Below, one piece after another: positions 33,590 through 60,251 of a DNA stretch of 64,000 bases. The position numbers and the translations under genes were made by a program. Source of the stretch: the human T2T-CHM13v2.0 reference genome, Homo sapiens; the NCBI RefSeq assembly GCF_009914755.1, contig NC_060935.1; one strand, written 5' to 3'. Numbering within the stretch: the first letter of the stretch is position 1; every line of letters starts with the position of its first letter. The notes beneath the pieces were generated by a model that was not told the DNA's origin, did no database searches, and worked only from the letters and a program-made list of their open reading frames with translations.

Positions 33590-33917
33590 ATTGCAGTGAG
33601 CTATGATGGCACCACTGCACTCCAGCCTGGGTGACAGAGCAACACCCTGTCAAATAAGATAAAGACAAAATAAGATCATAAATATAAATTAATTAAGACA
33701 AAGAAAAAGCTTAAGTGACCAATTGATAAGAAAAAATGAATCTGCTGAGCTTTTGGCCTGGTTACTATCCCATACAGAAAGCTATCCTAGATGAAGTGTG
33801 TCTAAAAGGTCTCTCAGATCCAGCAGGCTTTACTTCAGATCCACCCACGCTGAGCCCAGGCCGAGGGAAGCCTTTCTTTGCCTTATTCCTTAATGGGTCC
33901 CACCCTGTACTCAGTAA

Positions 33918-34324
<407 letters not shown>

Positions 34325-34837
34325 TAACTAAAATGCACCTTTCTGACATTCAACGGCTACCTTGAAACCATTTTGTGAAAGAAATTTACATCTCCACAAG
34401 ACATTTCCATTTGCAACGTCTGGGAGGGACATCCCTTTGTTTTAAATTTACGTAACAAGTCTTACCTTTGTTTAACGTGTTTTTCCTGGCCATGTTGTCT
34501 TCACTGGGCCTTGCTTTTTTCTTGGTTGAGCAAATGATGATGGTACAGTATTTAAGCTGAAAGTCTCAGCTTAAATAGCTTTTCATATATACATTTTCTG
34601 CCTTGTTTCACCTAAGAGTTATCTTTTTTGAAGGCAAATTGTTCCCTAGCTAACGATTGCTTAGGATGATAAAACAAGTAATTAGAAGATTGATAGTCTA
34701 AAGGGGGAAAAGAAAACTATTTGAAAGCTGGCAAATGAAAATTCTTTCTGAAATCTGTAAGATCTGTTTCTATCTGTGTCTGTTATGACTATATGTCTCT
34801 CTGTATGACATGTATCTGATAATATTTAGGAAAAAGC

Positions 34838-35330
<493 letters not shown>

Positions 35331-37220
35331 GTGGAGAGAGCTACTAAGGGCCCCTATAGTATCCAAAAAAGAGAGAGACAGAAGTATTTGATAAATTAAA
35401 TTACATGGGAAGCACTGCCAAATAAGAAATGATGTTTAACCTTATTTGAGATATTGTTTGTGAATACGTCATTAATATATGCTCCAAAATTGTATGGGGT
35501 TCCTAAAATTCTGATACATCCGGGTATATGCTGTCACTCTTAATTACAGTTAAGTTATTGTAGGCCACAGAAGTAATCAAAATTCCTTGTCAGTTCTTCT
35601 TTAACCATGACCATTTTACGTCATTTCCAGAGTTAATTGCTTTTTTCTGACGTTTCTGAAAACTCACAAACACACACAGTCCTACAATATTGAGTCCTCC
35701 AGGAGGTTCGTGAAAGGAGAGAAAGGACCCTGATAAGCCCTCTTGAATAGGCTTCTGATAACTTTAGTGTAATGTCATTTGGACTGGGTAAAAATTCCCG
35801 GAACTCTAATGGAAAGATTGACTGGTTTATAAAATTGCTAACCTGGGCAGGACAAAAATTAATTGAATACCAAGAAAACACTTTGCCAGCTTTTCATGCT
35901 AAATCAGCCAGTACTGATATTGTTTAGATACCCAATTTGAATTAAATCCATCGTCCAAGTCAAATTACCTATGATAACCCTTCTAATAAACAGTGCTATG
36001 CACCTGAACTGGAGAAACAAAATTGGTATTTAAGAAGATATAAGTCCAGCATCAAGCATGGACACATGGACAGCCAAGATGGCCACCTGGTCCTTCCTGT
36101 GTCCTTGAAGCTTCCACTATTAAATGCTCTGCACTCCATGATTCATCATGGAAGAGACAAATTAATCCAAATTTTATATATATATGTATATATAATATAC
36201 ATATATATATTTGACATGGTGACCGTTGTAAGTTGTTAAAATGGTTTACGACCAATGTTTGGTCTGCCAAACCCATAATCCTGGGAGGACAATCGAAACT
36301 TCCATTACACTTCTGCTACTTGATGGGCCATTGAAACATTGCTGGAGGGATTTCCTTCAATTGTCATTTTCAATGCGTGTTTTCTGGTTATATAGAAGCT
36401 TTCCCAGGCAAGAGCACTGATGTTATAGCAGTAGCTAAAAGATTATTAGAAAATTGTTTTTCTCATGGGACGTCCCTTGAGAAATCTCCCATGATAGATG
36501 TACTTGTTTCACTGCTCAAGTGGTAAAACTGTTAATAACTTGTTACAGATACAATAATATTAAGCAAGGGAACTGAATGAACTGGGCTGCCTTGGTCAAG
36601 GGTGTTGCAGGTGGATGGCCGTCGGGTCCATTTCCAGTGGAAAACATAAGTTGGTGCCTTATGAAATAGTCCCTGGAAGTCCTATATAGAACCTCATGTA
36701 TCTTCCACTCCTCAACTCCGATATGGCTAAAGGCTCCTAGGCCTTAATGCATTATGCCTAAGTATATTTTCACCAGGTACAGAAAGCTTTTCATGGTCCA
36801 CTGAGGACCCTATCAAACGCTTCACAATCTAGAACCCAGACATTTGGTTTTCTGAGAGTATCACAGAAAGACTGCCCTTGCCACCCACACTGCAGTGAAA
36901 TTCTAGGACTTTGAACCCTGGGTTCGTTATCTCACCGCTCAAGAGGGCATCGCCAGACTCCAGCAACTGCAGCCCCATTGGAGATTTTAAGGTAAAGCTA
37001 ATCAGGGAAGTTTCTCCCCAGAAGCAGCTGGCATCCCAGATATGGACAGCTTTTTCCCAAGAACTTGAGACTGTCATGCCTCTGAATAATAGAACTAAAA
37101 AGGGATCTCTTATGTGCACTCATGGGGTATACTTTTATTTGTGGAGGATTTTGCAGCCAATCCTATATGTGGACAACCTTTTGCCTTGACAGTTGGAAGA
37201 CGAAGGGCCAATGTAGGTGA

Positions 37221-37998
<778 letters not shown>

Positions 37999-38965
37999 GT
38001 ATCCCTCGTAATTGGCTCTGGAACAGATTCTACTCCAAAGGCTATGGTTACACAACAGTCTTTAAATTCTCTTGCTAAAGGTGTGTGGGATGATAGACTT
38101 GCTCTGGATCCCTTACTAGCTAAACAGAGGAGCGTCTGTGCCGTTGCCGATGCTTCTTGTGGCACATGGAGGAATGTATCAGGTATTAGAAAGGTTCGGT
38201 TGTAGGGGATTAACAAACAGGCTGCTTGTTTGAAATGAGTAGACTCTTTATCCAGCTAACTCTCTGATCTATTTGATTTTCGTTGGTTTGCTTCATGGGA
38301 CCCCACCTAAGGAGCATGCTTCACATTCTTGGTATTAAATATGATCTTCCTGATGGTCATAATACTCGTCTCCCTGGCGCTCTGCATTCTCTCCGGAGTT
38401 TTAAATGTTTGCATGCAGCCATCTGTAGGATGCTAAATGGTGTCTCTTTGACTGGAGCAACAAGAACTCAAAGAAACACAAGGCCATGAGGATGTCGTAA
38501 CCTAGGTACGAATGACATTCTGTGACCGGAAGCTGGAAGTGGCGGTGACTGAGGGTGGTGCCAAGGCCCTAAGGCTTGGCTACACTTTCCACTAAATGAG
38601 AACCTGACCAAAGGCAGGGAATTTTTAAACAAAATTATAAGAGGCCATTGTTTTGGACTGAGCTCCCGCAAGAGGCCCCAACGGACCAGACCAAACCCAG
38701 ATGGAGTCACGCAAGCTAAACGCAACACCATCAAACCGAAGCTTTACGGAAGCAGATAGGTCCTAAGGCAGACCAGGGTTTGTTTTTCTGAGCACATGAA
38801 ATTCCAGCACAAGGAGGTTCCTCTCTATCCCTTACAAAAATATATAACCCGAGGTCCTCGTTCCCACTTACGAAACCCATTGTTCTGCTATTTCCCAGTG
38901 GGGCTTGGGACCAAACAAGTACATTTACAATGGCGACAGGGACACCAATGTCTAAAGGGGGAAAT

Positions 38966-39355
38966 CGTTAAATTAAGCTTGGCGTAAAGCTGCCTCCTGA
39001 CATAGTTTATGTTCCGCCTTCTCCATCCACTGTGAACTGAAACCTCACTGGAGACGTAAACAGACTGAAGCCTTCCCTTGTGCCACTCACCAGGTTTCCG
39101 CTCATCAAGGGTGCCGGCCATTCCAACCGTGTTCAGATAAGGCAAGCATGGAGCTGCAGCCCCTCTGGCGGTTTCTGTGCTTTGCTTCCGTTTTCTGTGC
39201 CTCCTTTCCCTTTTCTGTCCACCAATCTTCAGCCACACGGCAGCACCAGAGCCTCTCTGAACCTATTTTGGTTTGGGGGCTGCCCCATTAGCGAGTGGTT
39301 CTTTGCTTAATTAAACTCTGTTAAATTTAATTTGTCTAAGGTTTTTCTTTTAACA
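38966..39355 (+). mobile_element. 3' LTR, MER57A/B-like
   Basis: (T/C)GTTAAATTAAG...AAAGCTGCCTCC start and ...ATTAAACTCTGTTAAATTTAATTTGTCTAAGGTTTTTCTTTTAACA end. Confidence 0.8.
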
Positions 39356-41700
<2,345 letters not shown>

Positions 41701-41702
41701 CC

Positions 41703-41975
41703 TTGGGTGCAGGGCTCATGCCTGTAATCCCAGCACTCTGGGAGGTGGAGGCAGGGGGGGTCGCTTGAGCCCAAGAGTTTGAAGCCAGCCTGGGCAACAT
41801 AGCAAGACCTCGTCTCTACAAAAAAAATCAAAAACTTAGCCAGGTGTGGTGGTGGGCACCTGCGGTCCCAGCTACTTGGGAGGCTGAAGCAGGAGGATCC
41901 GTTGAGCACAGGAGGTTGAGGCTGCAAGGAGCTCTCATTGTGCCACTGCACTCCCAGCCTGGGAAACAGAGTGAG
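41703..41975 (+). mobile_element. Alu (AluJ-like) whose 3' end seeds the adjacent VNTR
   Basis: Alu consensus runs directly into the repeat units. Confidence 0.88.
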
Positions 41976-41980
41976 GCTCT

Positions 41981-42015
<35 letters not shown>

Positions 42016-42750
42016 CCACACTCCCAGCCTGGGAAACAGAGTGAGGCTCTGACACACACACACACACATTCCAGCCTGGGAAACAGAGAACTTGTCACAC
42101 ACACACATACACACAAACACACACACACTCCCAGCCCGGGAAACAGAGTGAGGCCCTATCACACACACACACACACACACACACACTCCCACACTCCAGC
42201 CTGGGAAACAGAGTGAGGGCCTGTTACACATACACACACACACACACTCCAGCCTGGGAAACAGAGTGAGGCCCTGTCTCACACACACACACACACTCCC
42301 ACACTCCAGCCTGGGAAACAGAGTGAGGCCCTGTCTCAAACACACACACACACTCCCACACTCCAGCCTGGGAAACAGAGTGAAGCCCTGTCTCAAACAC
42401 ACACACACACTCCCACACTCCAGCCTGGGAAACAGAGTGAGGCCCTGTCTCTCTCTCACACACACACACACACACACTCCCACACTCCAGCCTGGGAAAC
42501 AGAGTGAGGCCCTGTCTCTCACACACACACACACACACTCCCACACTCCAGCCTGGGAAACAGAGTGAGACCCTGTCTCAAACACACACACACACTCCCA
42601 CAGTCCAGCCTGGGAAACAGAGTGAGGCCCTGTCTCTCTCACACACACACACTCCCACACTCCAGCCTGGGAAACAGAGTGAGGCCCTGTCTCTCACACA
42701 CACACACACACACTCCCACACTCCAGCCTGGGAAACAGAGTGAGGCCCTG

Positions 42751-42788
<38 letters not shown>

Positions 42789-42886
42789 CCACACTCCAGC
42801 CTGGGAAACAGAGTGAGGCCCGGTCACACACACAGACACACACACACACTCACACACTCCAGCCTGGGAAACAGAGTGAGGCCCTG

Positions 42887-42925
<39 letters not shown>

Positions 42926-43257
42926 CGCACACTCCAGCCTGGGAAACAGAGTGAGGCCCGGTCACACACACAGACACACACACACACTCACACACTCCAG
43001 CCTGGGAAACAGAGGGCCTGTTACACACACACACACACTCCCACACTCCAGCCTGGGAAACAGAGTGAGGCCCTGTCTCACACACACACACACACACACA
43101 GACTCTCACACTCCAGCCTGGGAAATAGAGGCCCTGTCACACACACACACACAGACTCCCACACTCCAGCCTGGGAAACAGAGTGAGGCCCTGTCTCAAA
43201 CACACACACACACACACACACACTCCAGCCTGGGAAACAGAGTGAGGCCCTGTCTCT

Positions 43258-43288
<31 letters not shown>

Positions 43289-43506
43289 TCCCACACTCCA
43301 GCCTGGGAAATAGAGTGAGGCCCTGTCACACACACACACCAGACTCCCACACTCCAGCCTGGGAAACAGAGTGAGGCCCTGTCTCAAACACACACACACA
43401 CTCCCACACTCCAGCCTGGAAAACAGAGTGAGGTCCTGTCACACACACACACACACACACACACAGACTCCCACACTCCAGCCTGGGCAACAGAGTGAGG
43501 TCCTGT

Positions 43507-43537
<31 letters not shown>

Positions 43538-43575
43538 TCCCACACTCCAGCCTGGGAAACAGAGCGAGGTCCTGT

Positions 43576-43606
<31 letters not shown>

Positions 43607-43651
43607 ACACAGACTCCCACACTCCAGCCTGGGAAACAGAGCGAGGCCCTG

Positions 43652-43683
<32 letters not shown>

Positions 43684-43718
43684 CCACACTCCAGCCTGGG
43701 AAACAGAGTGAGGCCCTG

Positions 43719-43752
<34 letters not shown>

Positions 43753-44047
43753 CCACACTCCAGCCTGGGAAACAGAGTGAGGCCCTGTCTCTCTCTCACA
43801 CACACACACACTCCCACACTCCAGCCTGGGAAACAGAGTGAGGCCCTGTCTCAAACACACACACATGCAGAAACTAACCAGAGTGAGACACTGTCTCAAA
43901 CACACACACACAAAAGCAGAAACCAGAGACCCTGTCTCACACACACACACACACACACACTCCCACACTCCAGCCTGGGAAACAGAGTGAGACCCTGTCT
44001 CAAACACACACGCACAAGCAGAAACTAACCAGAGTGAGACACTGTCT

Positions 44048-44084
<37 letters not shown>

Positions 44085-44337
44085 GCAGAAACCAGAGACC
44101 ATGTCTCTCACACACACACACACACACACGCCGGCGTGCCCACATTCCAGCCTGGGAAACAGAGTGACACCCTGTCTCAAACACACACACACACACACAC
44201 ACACACGCAGAAACTAACCAGAGTGAGACCCTGTCTCAAACACACACACACACACACACACACACGCAGAAACCAGAGAGAGACCCTGTCTCAAACACAC
44301 AGACACACACACACGTAGAAACCAGAGTGAGACGCTG

Positions 44338-44373
<36 letters not shown>

Positions 44374-44380
44374 ACAAGCA
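41950..44380 (+). repeat. Alu-tail-derived VNTR (~40 units, ~50-75 bp)
   Basis: Unit CACTCCAGCCTGGGAAACAGAGTGAGGCCCTGTCTC(AC)n, i.e. the Alu 3' terminus plus a CA microsatellite tail. Confidence 0.95.
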
Positions 44381-44721
44381 GAAACCAACCAGGGCATTGG
44401 TTGCTTGGGACTGGGAGGTCCAGGGTGGGATGGGGAGCCACACAGGGCACGAGGACAATTTTGGGGCAATGAGGGTGTTTGTCTCCTGATGGGGCTGGCT
44501 TCATGGCTGTCCATGTAGATTAAGATGGATGGAATCGTGCAGTTTAAACATGGCAATGGCTGCGTGTCAATGACACCCTCAACGAAGGTGGTTTTAAAAA
44601 GTATAAGGCAAATGACAAAACTGGGAAAATATTTTGAATCAAGTATGACAGAGAAGGAGTCATGTCATTCATACATTAAAGACACTTGGAAAAACACGTC
44701 AGGAAAACATTCCCACCCTAA

Positions 44722-45505
<784 letters not shown>

Positions 45506-45799
45506 TAGAGACGGGTTTCACCATGTTGCCCTGCGGCCCGGGAAGCCCACATGCTACAGGGGCACAAGAAGGCCCACGTGGACCCTCAGAGGCCCCCGAC
45601 CACGCCATGTGAGAGGCTGACTACCTCTGCCACCCCCTCTTTGTGGCACCCGAGAGCAGGGTGCCTAGGAGGCCAAGAATGGTGGGGGGAACTGGGATTA
45701 AGATGGGACTCCTAGAATGGAGGCACTGTTGAGCCCTGGGCCACCAGGAGCAGGTGCTGGGAGGGGCTCTGCTGCTGCAGCAAAGGGGCCAGGTTGGCT

Positions 45800-45962
45800 G
45801 GGAAGGTGGGAGGGAGTGGGGGAGGAAGGTGGGAGGGAGGGGGGAGGAAGGTGGGAGGGAGGGGGGAGGAAGGTGGGAGGGAGGGGGGAGGAAGGTGGGA
45901 GGGAGGGGGGGAGGAAGGTGGGGGGGGGGAGGGGGGAGGGAGGGGGGAGGGAGAGGGAGGGG
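45800..45962 (+). repeat. G-rich purine tandem repeat (GGGAGGGAGGGGGGAGGAAGGT)n
   Basis: Directly visible. Confidence 0.9.
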
Positions 45963-46239
45963 CTGATGGGGAGACAAGAAGTCTCTAATGGCAGCTGATT
46001 CTGAAGGGCTTCGTCAGGGCAGCACCAACACACCCCCGCCTGCTGTCCTGGTCCTGTCCAAACGCAGCCTCCCATGTGGGTGGGGGGCCTTCTCTTCTGG
46101 TTGGGAGAAAAGCCAGGTGGCCACGTGTGTGGCTGGTGATCACAGGCTGGCGCTGCAAGGAGCTTTGAGGCTGCAAGGAGCTCTTGCTGTGCCACTGCAC
46201 TTCCACACTCCAGCCTGGGAAACAGAGTGAGACCGTCTC

Positions 46240-46285
<46 letters not shown>

Positions 46286-46884
46286 CAGAAACCGACCAGG
46301 ACATTGCTTGCTTGAGACTGGGAAATCCAGGATGGGATGGGGAGCCACACAGGGCACGAGAAAAATTTTGGGGCAATGGGTGTGTCTATCACAGCTCTGG
46401 GGAGGGCCGCAGGCTGTTTGGGGGGGTGGTGTCTTCTGGGTTCTATCCTGGTGTAATGCACAATGGCTTTGTGGATGTGAGCAAGCCACATTCCCAGAGC
46501 CATGGTCACCCAGCCGGTACACAGGGTCTGAGGATGCTGGACGCAGGCAAGGAGGGTTTGTGGTCCACGCTGTGGCCTGCAGGATGGGCAAGGGCTGGCA
46601 ACAACCCTTCTGAGCTGCCTGTGCCTCTCCTGTGAGTCCTGCCTGCTCTGCCCCAGGGATCCTGGTGCCTGGGTCTGGCCTCCCCTGGGCTGTCTGGTTC
46701 CTGGACAGTGAGAGCCGGTGATCTGCAGCCAGGGCCTGGCACAAGTAGGTGCTGGGTAAAACAAGGGGGTTGCCATTTCTTCCTAATCTTTGAAAACCTG
46801 CATTTGAACATGGTGGCTCACTGGTTTGTGCTTACAGTGATTTCGCTACAAGTGTTTGCACCTTTTTGTGCGTTTATTGGCGGG

Positions 46885-47408
46885 ATGAATGAATGAGTCT
46901 ATGAATGAATGAGTGAGTGTATGTGTGAACAGCCCCTCCCCCACCCTCTGTATGAATGAATGAATGAGTGTATGTGTGAACGGCCCCTCCCCCCACCCTC
47001 TGTATGAATGAATGAATGAGTGTATCTGTGAACGGCCCCTCCCCCACCCTCTGAATGAATGAATGAGTGAGTGTATGTATGAACGGCCCCTCCCCCACCC
47101 TCTGAATGAATGAATGAATGAGTGTATGTGTGAACAGCCCCTTCCCCACCCTCTGTATGAATGAATGAATGAGTGTATGTGTGAACGGCCCCTCCCCCCA
47201 CCCTCTGTATGAATGAATGAATGAGTGTATCTGTGAACGGCCCCTCCCCCACCCTCTGTATGAATGAATGAGTGTATGTATGAACGGCCCCTCCCCCACC
47301 CTCTGAATGAATGAATGAATGAGTGTGTGTGTGAACAGCCCCTCCCCCCACCCTCTGTACGAATGAATGAATGAGTGAGTGTATGTGTGAACGGCCCCTC
47401 TCCCCCAC
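46885..47408. repeat. VNTR, ~52-60 bp unit x~9: (TGAA)nTGAGTGTATGTGTGAACGGCCCCTCCCCCACCCTCTG
   Basis: Directly visible. Confidence 0.93.
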
Positions 47409-47589
47409 GACCTGATTCTCATCTGCAGGCTGAAAGTGCTTTCCCAGCTGAATTCGTACGTTCCCTTAAAACCCTTCAGGGACCCTCACTGTAAAAACGC
47501 CCCAGCTCCCCCAGCCTGACTCGCAAAGCTCAGTTTAGGGGCTGCCCTTGCAGCGGGGCTCCTGGCTCAGGTCTAGCAGGTGGAAGCAG

Positions 47590-48400
47590 AAGAGCATGTC
47601 CCGACACACCGATGAGAAGTTGCTGAGGACGTGGAGCAGCAGGAAGCACCACCTTTGCAGTGGGAACGCCAAACAGTGCGGCCACTTTGGAAGACCGCGG
47701 GGCAGTTTCTTACAAAATCAAACGTCCTCCTACCATACAACCAGCAATGGCCCTCCTGGGTGTTTCTGCAAATGAATTGAAAACTTGTGTCCACCCTAAA
47801 ACCTGCACACACATGTTTGCAGAGGCTTTATTCATTACTGCCGAGACTTGGAAGTAAACAAGAAGTCCTTCCGTAGGCAAAGGGATAAACCGAGGTACAT
47901 CCAGACAATGGAACAATATCCGGCCCGAAAAGAATGCACTATGAAACCACAAAAAAACCCAGAGGAGCCCTAGCTGCATCTCACTCATGGCAAGAAGCCA
48001 ATCTCGAAAGGCTACGTGCTGTATGATTCCAATGATACCACAGCCTGGAGAGGGCAATGCCAAGGCGGCAGTGGAAAGAGCCAGGGCTGCCAGGGGCCGG
48101 GGGAGGCAGGAATGCACAGGCAGGGCAGAGGCAGCTTTTCAGGCAGTGACACTTCTGTGTGACACCATAGTGGTGGCTAAAGGACATTTTGCAAGGATGA
48201 AACCTGGGGGTAAACTCTGGACTTAATAGTAATGCATCAGTATTGGTTTATCAATTGGAACAGATCACACCACACGATGCAAGATGTTAATAATGGAGGG
48301 GCACTCAAGGAGAGGGGGTCTGTGGGAACTCTGTATACTCCCTGAGCAATTTTTCTGTAAGCCCAAAGTTCCTCTAAAAGATAAGGTCTACTTAAAAAGG
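47590..48400 (+). mobile_element. L1MC-like 3' end
   Basis: gccactttggaagac...ttgaaaacttgtgtccac...aaacctgcacacacatgttt, typical of L1MC 3' sequence. Confidence 0.7.
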
Positions 48401-48410
48401 ACCAATTATT

Positions 48411-49055
<645 letters not shown>

Positions 49056-51150
49056 TTATCTGAACTTCAGATTTAACTGGGCCTGTATTTATCTGGCAGC
49101 CTCAACCCCGTGCAGACCATTGATCTCAGGAGAGGCAGGCAGAGCGGAAGCCGCGCTGGCATTTGTGTTCAATGGCAGGTGGGAAGGAGGAAGAGGAGGT
49201 CTCCACTGGCTCCCCAGGCATCTCAGAGACCCCCCATACTTAGCATGCCTTCCGGAGGATCCCATTAGCAGACTATCAGAGAAACAGGGATGGAAGGAGT
49301 GGTGAGGGGTCTGCTCCATTGTGACCCCACCCCTGCCTCGCCCTGAGGAAGGACCTCAGCTCCTAGCTCAACCGCCGCCCTCCAGCAGCCCCAGTGATCT
49401 GAGCAGCACCCACCCGTGACCCACAGCTCGGCCTCCAATCACCCTCCTCTCCACATCGGCCACCCACAACTCTGAACCCAACTTCCAGCAGCCACATATC
49501 TCTAAGCACACTGCACAATGTGGCTGCCGAAAGAGGCAGCATTGCATGAACATAAAAGGAAGCCTGAGGACCCCCGGCCCCAGGACCCCCCTTCTCCAGC
49601 TCCATCCCTGTCCTGCGGTCTGCTCCTTGGGCCTGGCCAAGGGCACCTGCTGCTGGGCAAAGGCCTGTCTGGTCACCAGCCTCCTGGGACCCTGCCACTG
49701 GCAGCCTGGAGCTTCTCCACCTCACGCAGGCCTGGACAACAGTGGGGACGGCTGCCACCACCTTCCCTGCCCACTCTGGCCCACTTCTCACTCCATCCTG
49801 CTTCAATGCCTTCATGCTAGATAGACCCTCTGGAGTCATTTCCACTCAAACCCACCCATCAGGAGGAACTCCAGCCCTACCCGGCCCAGGCCCTCGGAGG
49901 GGCACAGTGCCCTCTCCTCCTCCTGAATTTCCATCAACCCCAGTGCCCTCCCGCAGCCCTGTTCCCACCTGCAGGCCTGGGCCCCCTGCCCCCAGCAACA
50001 ACCAGGACCCATGGCCCCGCTTCTTGCTCTGAAGCATGACACCCCTGCCTCTTGCTCTGAAGAACACTTAGGGTGCTGTTGGGTGCGGGAACAAGCCAGG
50101 CTTGGGGGTGGGGGGCACGGGCAGTTAAAGAGATAGATGGAGAAGTGGCCTGAATCCAGCCACCAGGCAGAGGAAACCAGGGGAGGAGGGAGAGGCCTGG
50201 GGACAGGGGAGGGAGGCTGCTGCCCTCTACTCCCGAAAGGTCCCAGCAGCCCTCCTGGCCAGCACTACCCAAGGAAAGGAGTGAGGACTGGGCCTTGGAC
50301 GGGGGTCCCTGTAGAGAGGGCCTTGCCAGAGGCTGGAGGGGGCTGGCCAGAAGGGTGGAGAGGGGGTGAGCAAACGGCAAGGCCTGAAGAGGCCAGTGGC
50401 CCTCTTGGAGGAGGCGTGGTGGGAGCACCGAGGATGGACAGCGTGGCTGGTGTGGCCAGCGTGGGGGCTGCCAACCGGGCTGGCCAGAAGGGCGAGGTGA
50501 GGGGCCCTGGGGTTCCGGGCTCCCGGGTAAAAACAGCCAGATGGAGAGAGGGGCTTCAGACCCCAGGCCCGGGTACCCGCCCTCCCCAGCACTACAGCCC
50601 CGGTTCTCCACTTCCAGCTCCCAGCAGCTGCAAGCGCAGCGGTGCGGGGCCAGGCTGTGGCCTGGAGCTGCCAAAGGGCAGGGGCACGGGTGTGGGGGGC
50701 GTGCAGGCCGGGGTCCCGGGAGGCAGGGCAGACAGGCCCGAAAGAGTGCGACGGCGGCGGGAGGTCTCTGGGGCTGGGAGGGGTGCGGGCGTGGGCGGGG
50801 CGCGAGCAGCAGGGGCGCGGGCCCGGGCTTCAGGCTGTGGGGCCGGGAGTGCGGGGCGGGACTGCTGCGGCCCCGCGTCCTGTGGAGTCTGCGGCGCGGG
50901 GAGTGGGGGTCGGGGCGGGGAGGAACGTGGGGTGCGGGACAGGAGGGGGGCAGGGAGGGAGAAGAAGGCGGCGCGGGGCGGGGCGGGCGCAGGGCTGGGG
51001 ACGGCACGGGCGCGCGGCACGGGCGCTGGCGCGTGCGGGGGGGGCGGCGCGGCCTCCGGAAGCGAGGGGGCGCTGTGCCAGGCGGCGGCCGTGCGGGGCG
51101 GGCGCGCTGCTCCTTCCGCCTCGCGGACCCCGGAAGCGCGCGTGGCCGCC

Positions 51151-60233
<9,083 letters not shown>

Positions 60234-60245
60234 TCCCGACACCTA

Positions 60246-60251
60246 AATAAA
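60246..60251 (+). terminator. MRPL23: MRPL23 polyadenylation signal AATAAA
   Basis: First AATAAA after the stop codon. Confidence 0.9.

Noticed and set aside
41935-44556. Repetitive CV/HT-rich ORFs and CRISPR-like repeat-spacer appearance
   Set aside because: The spacers are just variable (CA)n and the constant part is the Alu 3' end. This is human DNA with no cas genes.
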